DNA of 64,000 nucleotides from Camelus ferus (taxonomy: Eukaryota): the NCBI RefSeq assembly GCF_009834535.1, contig NC_045697.1, positions 105,526,001-105,590,000 on the forward strand, read 5' to 3'. The notes beneath the pieces were generated by a model. The model saw only the letters and a list, made by a program, of their open reading frames with translations, had not been told where the DNA came from and did no database searches. Both the position numbers and the translations under genes were made by a program. Below, in pieces: positions 38,391 to 50,385 of the stretch; position 1 is the first letter of the stretch, and every line of letters begins with the position of its first letter.

Positions 38391-39699
38391 CATGAGTTTT
38401 CCCTCTCTGTGAATGTCCATTAAGTCTTCAGATGTGCAGTTTGAGAAGACAGAACTCTTAGGGAAGCATAAATCTCACTGTCCTTCCAACAAAAAAGACC
38501 CAGATGTAACTGAGCAATAAAAATAAAAAAACATATTCTCTCTGTTCTACAGAAAGAAGCAAGTTGCCATTTAGAACATTTCTTGTTCGTCTCACAAGTT
38601 TCCACTAAGGCCTTATATAAATCTGTATAAATACCCTGCATCCTGACCCACAATATAGCTACAGGGGTTTTCCCCTCTGGCTCTTATGGTTCTACCCTAT
38701 GTCTAGAAATGCTGGGGACTGTGGGGAGACAAGTGAGAAGTCTTCCCTGTAAAGAGGAAAGCAAAGAGGGCTCCATCTCTGGGGGCCTCCGTGGGAAGGA
38801 CACAAAGCGTGTGGCATCACCACATGGAAATTGCAAAAACAGGCCCACGTGCGTACCCATGATCATGCATCCCACAAAACTGTTCCTTGCGGTCTCTAAA
38901 AATATAAGTTGTTACTGAACAGTCTATGTGGCTGGCCAAGTGCTAGGCACTTTTATGTCTCTTATTACTTTGAAATAAACAGGCTAGCAAATTTGCAAGC
39001 AAGGAGATGGCTTGATGAGAGTAGCTTGGGGGAGAGGTGGTTAATGTGTGGCTTAGTACACAGAGGGGGTCCTTGCAGAGAAACTTGTACTGGAAGCACA
39101 AGGTAAGAGGGAGACCTTGAAGTGAGAAAGAAAACTAATAAAAGCAGTGCTTTCAGAAATGTCCACAGCAGTGTTTCCCCAGCCCGGGGAGGCTGACATG
39201 AGAGGTAGAGCTTTGCAAAGAGGACCTGTGCTTGCGATGAGCACAGACATTCTCCTTTGATCCCCAGCTCCGTGTTCTCTGGAGCCTGTCATAACCCTGC
39301 TGGGTCTGGCTGTTTGGTATGGGCTCTGCCCTTCCAGTATGGAGGGCTGCTCAGCCCTGAAGGTGGGGAGGAGGGTGTCAGAAGCACAGATGTGGCAGCT
39401 GACCCATGAGAGGGAATATGGTCGAGACTGGAGAGTCAGGACTCAAGGACAAGAACTTGGGAAGGGAGAGAGAGAAAGGAGTCTGCAGAGGACCGGAGGG
39501 CTTTGTAGCAAGATGGAGAGAGACACCGTGAATTGGGCTCCGGTAAAACCAGCAAAAGCAAGTGAGTTTTAAGAAGAAAGGAGTAGTGCTCTTGGGGATC
39601 AAGGGTAGGAGAGCTTGTTAAGCACCTAACCCTAGTTAGGATTAGTTATTCCCTCACCTCTGCATCCCCTGCACAGCTATTATTTTTTTGAGGATCAGC

Positions 39700-39912
39700 T
39701 ATATAATCAGCGCCATGACCTTCTTTACACATACTATCTATTTAAGTAATTATAGGAGGTTTATGAAGTAAATATCATCATCATCATCATTTATTGGTTG
39801 GTTGAGATTGCAGATGAGGAAACTAAACTCAGGAAGATGGGTTTACGTGGTCAGCAGAGCTGAGATTAAAACCCAGGTCTGTTTACACCCAAAGTCTGAG
39901 TTTTTTGTACCA
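39700..39912 (-). mobile_element. MIR SINE remnant
   Basis: TTGCAGATGAGGAAACTAAACTCAG...GCAGAGCTGAGATTAAAACCCAGGTCTG. Confidence 0.75.
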
Positions 39913-41134
39913 CTATTAGTTTATGGCACTTGAGTTTCTGTTTGTGTCTCTTCCCGCTCTAAAGGTTAAGTCCCCTTTTCTCTTCCCTCAGTCACATAAT
40001 AAGAACACAATGAAGATTAACTGAAAGAGTGGGAGAAGTGGAATGAAGAAGAACGTACCATTGGAGCAGATGATAGAGAAGTAACTGGCCCTCATGAAGT
40101 CAGATTGCAAAGGAGTTAGCCCTGACCTAAGCCTGGTCTACAACTCCCTCTCCTCAGTGAGAATCTGGGTGCATCTCCAGATTCTCATTTCTATTGATCT
40201 GACTGGGCTAAGAATAATTGTGTAGCTACCTCATGACCATAATTGTTGAGAGTAACATTCTAAATCTCAAATAATTTTTGACTCACTCTCCTTTCTCATT
40301 TCCTGAACATGCTGCCTAGCTAATGAAGCTTTTTTTTTTTTTTTGCATAGAGTTTTCTGTAGTTCTCTAAGGGCCTTGTGGGCTGATCTTGGTGAGAGAA
40401 AACTCAAGGAATGTTGCATGAAATGGAAGCATTTTGCTCGCTCTGAATATAGTATTTGATTTGCCCCACCCTGTCATCAAAAAAAGAGACTACATACAGA
40501 CTAAAGATGAGTGGAGAAGGACTGCAGATCCTTGGATAAATATGACCTGCAAATATTTGATAGTCAGCCCCATTTACAGATGCTCCTGTGCAAATTAGAA
40601 AGTTGGATTTCCCCCTAGGGGAGTGAATGTTGGATGACATTAAAATTGGGGTGGTGGATTGCCTTTTTACTTAAAAAGTGTGTACACTAGAAGTCTGCAT
40701 TTGAATCAGAAACAGGGATCACTGGATTCATATCAACTCTCACAGATGAGGAAATTGAGATTATCTAACTGGCCTTAAAAATCACAAAACTCAGTAGGTG
40801 GGCAGAATACCTAGGCTCTCGCCCCCTCCTGTTCTCTGATTACCAAAGCAAACTGCCACCTGACGACTCTGCAGTCCCTCCTCTCAGATCCCTGGAAATA
40901 AAATTCTGAGCTTTGCAAATATTTCTAATCTTGGGTCATAACATTTATTTTGGGATATTAATACCAGTGTCCACTCTTTGATGCATAAGATAAAAAAACA
41001 ACAACACGGTTTCAGAGCCATGTGGATTCATTGACCTAAGAAATGTTTGCTGAACTCCCATTACATGCCAAGGGACACAAGGGTGAGGAAGACAGGGGCC
41101 CTAAGCACCAGGAACTTCAAGGTTATTAAAATTG

Positions 41135-41410
41135 GCTTCTTGTTCTACCATTTAGGGGCTTGATCTTGGTTAGTTACCTCACTTCGTGGAGTTTCAATTT
41201 CCTCATCTGTATAATGGGATAATATCTCCTAGAGTTGTATAAAGATATGCATGAAAACCCTCGTACCCAGGAGCTCCGTAAATGGAGATACTTTTAGCAG
41301 CTTCATTTTACAGGCAAGGAAATTATGGTTCAGGAAGGCCCAGCAACGTGCCAAAGGGCACACAGCTGTAGGCAATCCGATTCATCCACAGGTCCTGATT
41401 CAGACGGCTG
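41135..41410. mobile_element. Two MIR fragments in opposite orientation
   Basis: TTTCAATTTCCTCATCTGTATAATGGGATAAT, followed by CATTTTACAGGCAAGGAAATTATGGTTCAG. Confidence 0.65.
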
Positions 41411-42120
41411 GGACTTTCTGAGCATGCTCAAAGGCCCACCCTTCCCTCACATGTTGTTGAATAATATCTCGTGCAACAGTTGCTTTCTATGGCATCATGT
41501 ATATTTGCAATCTCTTTGAATGTGGAAGCAGAGGACAGGGTACCGGAGATGATTTGCCTGACGTTAAGGGGATAAAAACTGATAGTCTTAAATCAATTTC
41601 TTCATCTCTTAGAGTGAAAGAAACCTCAGAGGCCATCTAATTCGTCTTCCCCATTAGGTCATTCAAATAAAGACTTTGTATGTACTGGCTTTCTTGAAAG
41701 CTTTCTGGTGTTAATTTTAAAGGATGCTTATCAAGTATCAGATAATTATCGTATCAAAGCCCACGCCGGGTTACAGAGCTTTCCATTTTAGAAAATCATG
41801 CAGTTTGGAACCTATTCAAATAGCGTGTCCTCTTTGGACTAGCATGGTAGGTTTGCTTCTGTGTAAAGTAAAGGAAGGTGGAGTGGTAACTGGCGCCCAT
41901 TCAGTAATATTCAAATATGTTTAGAAAGATTTTGATTTACTGGCAAACAACATTTTAATAAGTAGTCATATTTTCGGTTCTCCTATACCAAACTTCATTT
42001 TAAGGAAAAAAAAATCTGTTACCTCTTTCAGGACTGAGTTTTAGTGCGCTCACTCTGGGCCAAGTCTAGGAACAGTCAACCTCATCGTTAGATGCTGTTT
42101 GTCCTGCTGCTTGTCCGTTT

Positions 42121-42500
42121 CAGCCAGCTCTTTCCCAGAGCTTCTCCTGCCTCGGGCTTGCTGGGGAGCTTGTTACAAAGGTAGATTCTGAACACTCCTT
42201 CAGACCAACTTAATCTGATCTTCTGGGGGGTGGTGCGGGGTGGGTTTGAGAGAATGCATAATTCAAACAAGCTCTCTAGGTGACTTTTCCCCATAATAAA
42301 GTTTGAGAACAACCCCAGGTGTGTCTGTTTGTTGTCTCACTCTGGTTCTTGTTTTAAAACAGTGGTTCTTGTGGTTGCCTATAAGAACCACCTGGAAAGC
42401 CTTGAAAAGATATGCTAGAGCCGCACCCTGGGTGATCCTGACATAACTGGCGTAGACCCCAGCCATCAATGTCTACTCGAAGTCAGAGTTGAGAACCATG
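42121..42500. mobile_element. Two adjacent MER5-like MITEs
   Basis: The first ends AACAAGCTCTCTAGGTGA...AAAGTTTGAGAAC (~42311); the second runs CAGTGGTTCT (42360)...GAGTTGAGAACCATGG (~42501). Confidence 0.7.
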
Positions 42501-43084
42501 GCAATCGTCCTGGGCTCCGCTCCTGAGGCTTTCACGCACCCTCCCTGCCTCCCAGTATTGTGTCACTTTCCAGTTTGAGGCTTCCTTTGCCTGCCCTGTA
42601 CATCCCTGATTCCTGACAGATGGGATTCACAGACCGTTTGGCATATGAAAACAGATACTGTAAAGCATGAAATGCAGGAAGTGCACTCAGTCTTTAACAC
42701 CTGTATGGCTGGCTCGTAACCTCCAGGAAGGTTGTGTTCTAGTCCTCATCCTATAATTCAGATGCTGCCCTTTGCACCTGGCTCTGCGATTGGGATTATG
42801 GCAGTGACACGCCTTAAAAATAAAACAACAGAAAAGGAATGATTGAGCTGCTGGTTGCCGATGTTCCCATTTGCTATTATGACATGGGAGAGGGTGCCGG
42901 GACACGTGTTACTGGACATATGTTAATTTCCTGTAACCTTTGGAGACTCAGGTTGGAGACTAAGATTGGTCCATTTCCACCATTCCAGGACATGCGGGGA
43001 TTTATTTCCTCTCCTGGATTTTGGTGATCGTCATTTCATTCACCATCTTCATTTATAAATATTTATTAGGCATGGGTGCGACTG

Positions 43085-43420
43085 TCATGAGAATTAACGA
43101 TCTACAAACAGGTGCAACAATCTGGATGATTCTTACTCAATGTCAAACAAAAGAACCCAGACACAAGAGCAAATGTACTGTATGATTTCTGTAAAGTAAA
43201 AGCAAATGCAAAATTAATCTATGCTGTTATAAGCCAGGATTGTAATCACTGGGATGTATTGACTGGAAGGGGCACGATGGGCGACTTCTGAGGGGCAAGT
43301 AATGTTCTATTTCTTAATCTAGGTGCTACAGTGTGTTGGATTTGTGAAAACTGATTGAGCTTTTAGGTTGTGATTTGGATATATTTTTGCAACTATCTGA
43401 TAATCCAAAAAAAAGTTTAA
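43085..43420 (+). mobile_element. Old L1 3'UTR fragment (L1ME/MC-like)
   Basis: AAAAGAACCCAGACACAAGAG...TACTGTATGATT...AATGTTCTATTTCTTAATCTAGGTG...TTTGTGAAAACTGATTGAGC. Confidence 0.75.
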
Positions 43421-43434
43421 AAACAATATAAAGA

Positions 43435-44077
43435 AAAAGTATTTCATGGGTACTACAGGACACTAGGGATTCAGTGGTAAATAATTCAGATCTGTACCCA
43501 GCCCTCATAGTATTTGCAGTCAGGTAGGGGATGCAGCGAAGTTAGAGCAAATACAATTTACAAGATTTCTGGGGGAAAATGACAGCTTAGAGATTTGAAG
43601 TGTGGATAGGAGTTGGCTAGTGTTAGTCGCTAGGGAAGGGAGCATGTTTACCGTAGCAGGAACAGCCTGGATATGGCTCAGAAGGATGGTGGAACATGGT
43701 GGGAATGGAGGAACCAAATGATTTGGTGTGACTGGAATATAGTAAGGGGCTAGTGATGGAAGATGAGACTGGATGGCTCAGCAGGGACGGATCAAAAAGA
43801 ACTTGGTAAACCATTTCAGGAGTTGGACTATGTATGATGCTGAGGTCACTGAAAAACAATTGAAGGGGACATGGCAGGGTGCAGTCCTGATCAAAGGGAG
43901 TTTTAGAAAAATCACTGTCACTGCCGGACAAGGAATAGATTGGAGTGGGCAAGTCTGCAGGCTAAGATGCCTGTAATGCAAGCGAGAGGTAACAGAGGTT
44001 TAGCTATGATGGTGGTTGGGGTGGGGGTCGAAATGAGACGTATTAAGAGGCATTTAGGAGGTAGGCTTGCCAAGACT
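43435..44077 (-). mobile_element. L2 fragment (host of the LTR at 44.1 kb)
   Basis: TACTACAGGACACTAGGGATTCAGTGGTAAA...TTTTAGAAAAATCACTGTCACTGC...ATAGATTGGAG; appears to resume after 44557. Confidence 0.75.
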
Positions 44078-44079
44078 TG

Positions 44080-44557
44080 TTATTGTATCCGAGCAGGACC
44101 CTGAGGGCTTTCCTGGGACAGACTCCTCCCCCACACCCTCTGCTGCAGCTCCTCTCTGAAGTACCCAGATAATAGCATCTCATGTTTATTTCCTGAGTTT
44201 TTCAGATGCTAAAAACCATCACCTAAGGGAAGAAATTAACTACTTTGTGACTGAGAGCACATAGCCCCAGACCTTCTGGTGCCCAGGTGTTGATAATATT
44301 GACCACCCTGTTCCCTCCGCATGAACCAGTCAGAGGATTGTTCACGAGCTGATCATATACCTGTGAGCTGCCTCCCTCACCTAGCCTTTAAATATGCTTT
44401 GCTGAAAACTATCGAGGATCTGGGGGTTTTATTGTGCGTGAGCCACCTCGTCCTCCTTGCTCTGCCCTGCAATAAACCTTTCCTTGATCCAAACTCTGAT
44501 GTTTCATTTTGTTTGGCCTCAGGGTGCAGTGGGCACATGAACTTGCCTTCAGTAACA
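44080..44557 (+). mobile_element. Solo LTR, ERV1-like
   Basis: TG start near 44078-44084, TATA-like TTTAAATA ~44387, AATAAA 44471-44476, terminus CAGTAACA at 44557. TSD ambiguous. Confidence 0.8.
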
Positions 44558-47500
44558 GTACTAGATTGGAGGTGAGGGTGCAGGCAGAGGGGTCAATGCT
44601 GTGCAGGAGGACTGCGTACAGGTCTGGGCACCTAGAGAGTGAGACTATCTTAATTCTGGCTAAGGACTCCCTCACCAAGGTGTGTTTTCCTGCTCTGCCT
44701 CCAGTCCTCCCAAAGAGCCAGGTTATTTCAAAACAATCACATTAAAGGTGAAATGAACAGAAGCTGTTAGGTCCATTCATGGGGCAACCTGAGGCAAGTT
44801 TCTTCACTGCTAAATTTCTCACCTTCTTTCCTGGTAAAATGATAACAACCAACAAACCTCACGGACCCACAGGGAAGCCGAGAGGGTGAAATGGAACCCT
44901 AATTGTAATCGTGTTACCTAGAAGCAAGGAGTTACTGTTCTTGTTACTATTTCATCATATTAGGTCTTGGAGAGTGTTTCTCAGTAGCTTCTTTCACAAC
45001 TCCTGTTAGATGATGTAAAATGTCTATGTTCTCTCCACCTGCACATTCATATGGGAGCCATTTCCCAGACCCATGCAGAAGGGACAAGAACCACACCCTC
45101 CTTTGTTTCTGCCTTGGAGGTGGGATCTTTCTGTCCCTGTCTTGGCCATGTTGGCATCTGGGTTCATCCTGTGTTCCTGACAAGTTGCTCCTGAAGTCTG
45201 TGCTGCTGTCGGCATATTTTACTTCCATAAGTGGCACCAGCATTCCACAGGTCCTATAAGCACCAGGAACTGACTGAGGCACCTCCACTTCCTAGGCTGA
45301 AAGACAAAATCACTGCCCACAGGTTGCCCACCTCCCATTCGGCAATGAAGAAAGTCACAGGTGTCACTTTAGGATGACTCCAACCTTTCATTGGCTGATG
45401 TCTAAGAAGATACGTGAAAATTCTTCCTTTAACATGTATGTTTGAAAGTATCTCCAGCACGAATGCTCAGGTTTGTGTCTAATCATGTTTTATTCACAAT
45501 TTAAATCATGAAATTAGAGATTACTTGTATGGCTGACTGAAGTGTCAAAATGCTGACTGATTATATCGGGGGGTGGGGCAGGGAAAATCTGACTCGACTC
45601 TGTATCCTCCTTAAATTCTGAATTCTATCATCATTATTTACTATGAAAGTTCATTATTTTTAACATTAGGCAAAACATAGATAACAATCAATTTATATAG
45701 TTGGGTCCAAGAGACAATGAATAACTTGATAGCTGTTGAATATAGAGTATCACATGTTATTAGAAAAGAGCTAATATGCCTGAAGAATTTATGACATATT
45801 TAACTTACTTTCAGTATCTCTGCGCATCCAGCTGTCTTCCTCAGTATTTGAACTCATACGATGATCTTTAAGCCTGGGGATTCCAGATAGTCTAGGCTCT
45901 TTTCTTTCTCACTTCTATCCTGCAACACACTGATTCGTCCCCTATCTGTGCCCAGACTGTTCTTTGCTCCATTCATGAAGATTTTTATTGCACTGATTCC
46001 TTAGTATTTGTGTTGAGTTGCTTTTTAAATCTGCTTATCTTTGTTACTTTTAACATTTAAAACAATCCTAGGTTCCTTTTCCACCTGTGACTCTTAGGTT
46101 GTGAATGATGCTGTTTGTGGAGATTCTTTTCTGTGATGCCTTATTCCCTTCCACTTCTAATTTTTGACTGTGACCGCCTCTTCCGTGCGAAGTCCACCAC
46201 ACGCCCTGGCTGAGGGACTGGGCACTCACTCGGTGGGGCTCCGTTTCCCCAAGACAGACTCTCTCTGGTGCCTTCCTCTCTTCAGATCTGCCGTCTCCTT
46301 TAATTCCAGAGACGCCTCCTGCCACCCATTTCTGAACAACTGCACTGTAGAGCTGTATTCTTCTATTTGCATTTCGTCCATATAGCTGTGGAAAAGAAAA
46401 AGCCATATTTGAAAGCTTTGGTTAAGAACACTTTAAATCACTGTCGTAAAGACACTGATCAAGCACGCTTGTGTTTATTACATACTAGGTACCAGGCCCC
46501 TTCTGGTCACTGGAGACACAGAGCTGAGTGGAGCTTATCTAGTTGGGAGATTTGAACTCGTGCTCACTGTGAGCCTGCATCCTCATCTAGGAAATAAGTA
46601 TGATAATATCTATCTCCCAAACTTTATGCAAGGATTAAATAGAATCTCCACAATATGTAGATTATATAGCAGGGGAACAATGAGTATATGATCTGACAAA
46701 CACTGTTACAGAATCATGACAAAGTGTCCTAGGGGAACAGGCAATAAGAATTACAGCAGCAGTTTCTGGGCACTTTCTTTGTGCCAGGCACTGTGCTAAA
46801 GATTTAATTTTGGTACTACCCCCGAGAGGCAGCTGACGGTGATGGACACGTGTTCTATTCTTGTTCTATAAATGAGAAAGCACGGTTCATCCCATAAGCA
46901 GGAGTTAGACCCCTAGTAAGTGGCAGAATTGGGTTTCCAAGCCTATCTCTCCTGATTCTGGGTCACTCCTTGGCAAGAGAAACTGGGGGGCCTTCACAGA
47001 GGAGTTGGCAACGGAACTGTGTCTAGGATGAGTGGACTGTAGCCAGGCAGGGGTGTTCTTGGAGGGGAGAATCATAAAAGCACGCAGGGGATCTTGGAGT
47101 GGGCAGCTACTTGCTGAGATGGGGACATCAAAACATGGAAGCACAGGGTGTCGGGGGCAGATGAGTCTGGAAAGGTAGAATGGGGACCACCTCCTGAGGA
47201 CATCACAGCCACCATTGTCTCTGGTACTGGCCAGCTCTCCCGTATCACTGGGACTGGAGAGAAGTAAAGGGGTTGCGGGTGAGATTGAAGTTAAGGGTAA
47301 AGTATACGATTGATGTGTATTTGAATAAGGAACATATAAAGTAAAGATACCAGCATGGTGCATGAATTCCTTGCTCCTGTTTGCCACATGTATAATGGTA
47401 CCACAGGGCTACTGTCAAAGGAGCAGACCGCACCCACCATCCTGATGCAGTGTTTACCCTGTAAACACTTACCACCTCACTGTATGGTCCTTCCCTCCCT

Positions 47501-49929
47501 GTGGAGCATCTGTTTCAGTTTATTACTGGACTCCACCTCAAAGCTTTCAACCATCAACTGTTTTTTTTTTTTTTAATGAGTTGCTATGGTTGAACTTTGA
47601 AGGAAGGAAAAAAAAATCCTCCTCCCCCAGCAGTGTTCTGGAGAGTGCGTGCTCTAGTTAATGACTTCAGACAATCTAGCTAAGAACACACTAATAATAA
47701 CCGATGATGTTCAGAGGAATGCTCATGATCCATGGTTTTTCACCCTTTGGTTGGCATGTGTACGGTTGGTCATCACGTAGGTAGAAGCATCTCCCTATAA
47801 GGAACGTCACTCAGGTCTTGTGTTGCATTTTGGGGCTTTTGCAATGTAACTGAGACAGTATTTCCAATTGGTGTGACAAATAATGCTTTGAGGCATTTTC
47901 TGCATTCACAAAGAGATTCCTCTCCTTTCCTGGTGGATCTTGTATAGAAAGTGTAGACATAAGAGTGTTAACTTTCTGTGACCCTTTGTGCATTATGGAT
48001 GTTTCCCTCTCAGGTGCGTGTGTACAGTGATTAAAGAGAAGTGATCCAAGCACATGAGTTCATTTGAAATCCCAATTAAAGTGACTCATAACCATCACAG
48101 GTTTAGTTGAACTTGTGTTCTTGGGTTGTGCTCAATGTCAGCCATTCTTTTAATTTCAGGGCCGGATCATCACTAAATTCTTGTATTTATTTCCATTTTG
48201 CCAATTAGCTTAAGTTGTTAGTGCAAATTTATATGTCCTGTTTCTTCTAAGTCCTTGCCAATTACTTTGGAACATTGAACACTTAACTGTGCTTGCTCTG
48301 GGGTACTAGCAATGAAACAGTAATTAACTGAGATATTTGCCTCTTTTCCTTAAAAGCTAGCAAAGAGGGTTATCCTCCAATAAATAGGCTTAAAGCAACA
48401 GGTTGGTGACTCTTTTGATAAAAAGTTTTTAATCATCATTTACATGTAATTTTTTTTTGCATTAAACCCTACAGAAATGAAAACAAACCAAATTAAGTTT
48501 TGTCAAATATACGAAAATGCAAACAGATCAAATCTGGCATGGCTCAGTGATGCTCTACAATTTATATGACATTTTAAATGAATCATAAAATGTTAATCAA
48601 GAAGAAATCTTGACCAAATCCAAATGATCTGCTATAGAGATGAAGCAAATGGAATTTTCTTTTCTAATTATATTTTTTATCTTTAAAAAATCCATTTATG
48701 GTTACTGAAGAACAGACAGAAATAATTTTTAAAATACTTTAAAATTAATCTTTTCCATCACCTTCAACATGTTGGTCATTTTCCTGTGGAGAAAAGTGAA
48801 ATGGGGATAAATTAGCTCAAATGTTGTCTCAATAGTGCAGCTGGACTTCAGACACCCTTAGGGACAATCAATAGATTGGCAACATTTACTGATTCTCTAC
48901 TAATGCATCTAGATAAGGATGCTATGGATCTGACAAGATACAAAGTAATGTGTGTGTATATATTGTGTGTATATATGCTACATTTATACTTTCCAACCCA
49001 CTGTGATTTTATAAGCTGCTTAATATGGATCTAGTACTTTAGCAGCATAAAGTCCAGATATGATGTGAGAAGATTATTTTGTGTTGTGTGACCTTCAGGT
49101 ACTCGATCAGGGGCAAAGACTGAGATGGAAATGATGGAGATCCGAGTTGAGAAGTTCTGAAAGTAACACGGGGAAGAGATCCTCTAGCGAACAAAGGTGC
49201 AGTGTATTCATGGGAGCAGCAATCGTGTACTTCACTTCTTAGAGGTCTTCAACTCAGTTTACTGGGAGATCATTTTATTTAATGTCAATATATAGTCAAT
49301 TTTGTTAGGTAAATTAAAAACATTTAGTTAAAATATTATACAGCCATTTTTTTTCCCTAGATATTAGGTGGGTTTCATAAAATCAGAAATTCTTAGGAAG
49401 CAATTGTTAAAAATCAACAACTTTCAAAAAAAAATCAACAACTTTCTCCTCCTAAGTTCAATGCCATTTGCTCTGCAGCAGGAGATGTCACTGTGCACTG
49501 CTGACATTCCTTATTTAGAGCATCCTTTCTTTCAGAATCTGGGTCTCTGGGCAATGGGAACGTAACCAGAGAAGGAAAGATAGCTTGTGTTAGATTTCCA
49601 TATCCCAAAGGAAGTCCATTTCTTCTCTTCCTGAAACCGCTCCATGTGGCTTATACTTTACTTCTCTCTCTTTTAAGACCAAGAGTTCTATTTCCCATGA
49701 AGTTTATTACATTTCTGAAAGTGAAACCTGGTGCAACTCTTCTGATGTGGACGTGTCATGACTAGGTGGGAAGATTTTTAACTTCATTTCAGTTAGAACC
49801 TAGGCTCTTTTCCTTAGAAGGCTAATGGTTCATGAGGACATCTGTATCTTTGTTTTTCTTTAGGTGTTTCCAATTCCCCCCTCAACCTCTGAATGAGTGT
49901 GACAAAAATCATTCCCCCATTTCATCTTA

Positions 49930-50385
49930 ATATGATATAAAAAGAAATATATTATCAGATGCTCATTTCCAATAGACACCTCAGTCTTGGCGTTTCGAAG
50001 CTGAACTCCTGATCCCCAAACTCCAGACCACGTGCCCCATGAAACTCCCGTCTTGTAACTGACTCTTCCCTCCACCTTCCTGGTATAATGCCACATCATC
50101 CTACTTACTTAGGACAAAAACCTTGGAGCAAACCTCACGCCATTTGAACCACCCCATCCTGGTCTACCTTGTCCCACTTACTGTGCTTGATTTTTAATTT
50201 TCCTCACAGAACTTACCAGCTTCTAACACACACCATGACTTACTCATTTATACTGTGTATCGCCTATTGTCTGTCTCCCCAGATCAGAATGTAAGCTTCT
50301 CAAAGGCACGAGGACAAGGATCTTTGACCCAAGGGTCTCCGTAGATGACACTCAAGAAACAATTGTGAATAAATGATGAAATAAG
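49930..50385 (+). mobile_element. L2 fragment including 3' end
   Basis: CTGAACTCCTGATCCCC...AAAAACCTTGGAG...TGTCTGTCTCCCC...GAATGTAAGCTTCTCAAAGGCA...CACTCAAGAAACAATTGTGAATAAATGA. Confidence 0.75.

Noticed and set aside
46905..47387. Longest ORF in the track (160 aa, minus strand)
   Set aside because: Overlaps MIR/L2-like remnants, has no recognisable domain, and composition is typical of chance ORFs.
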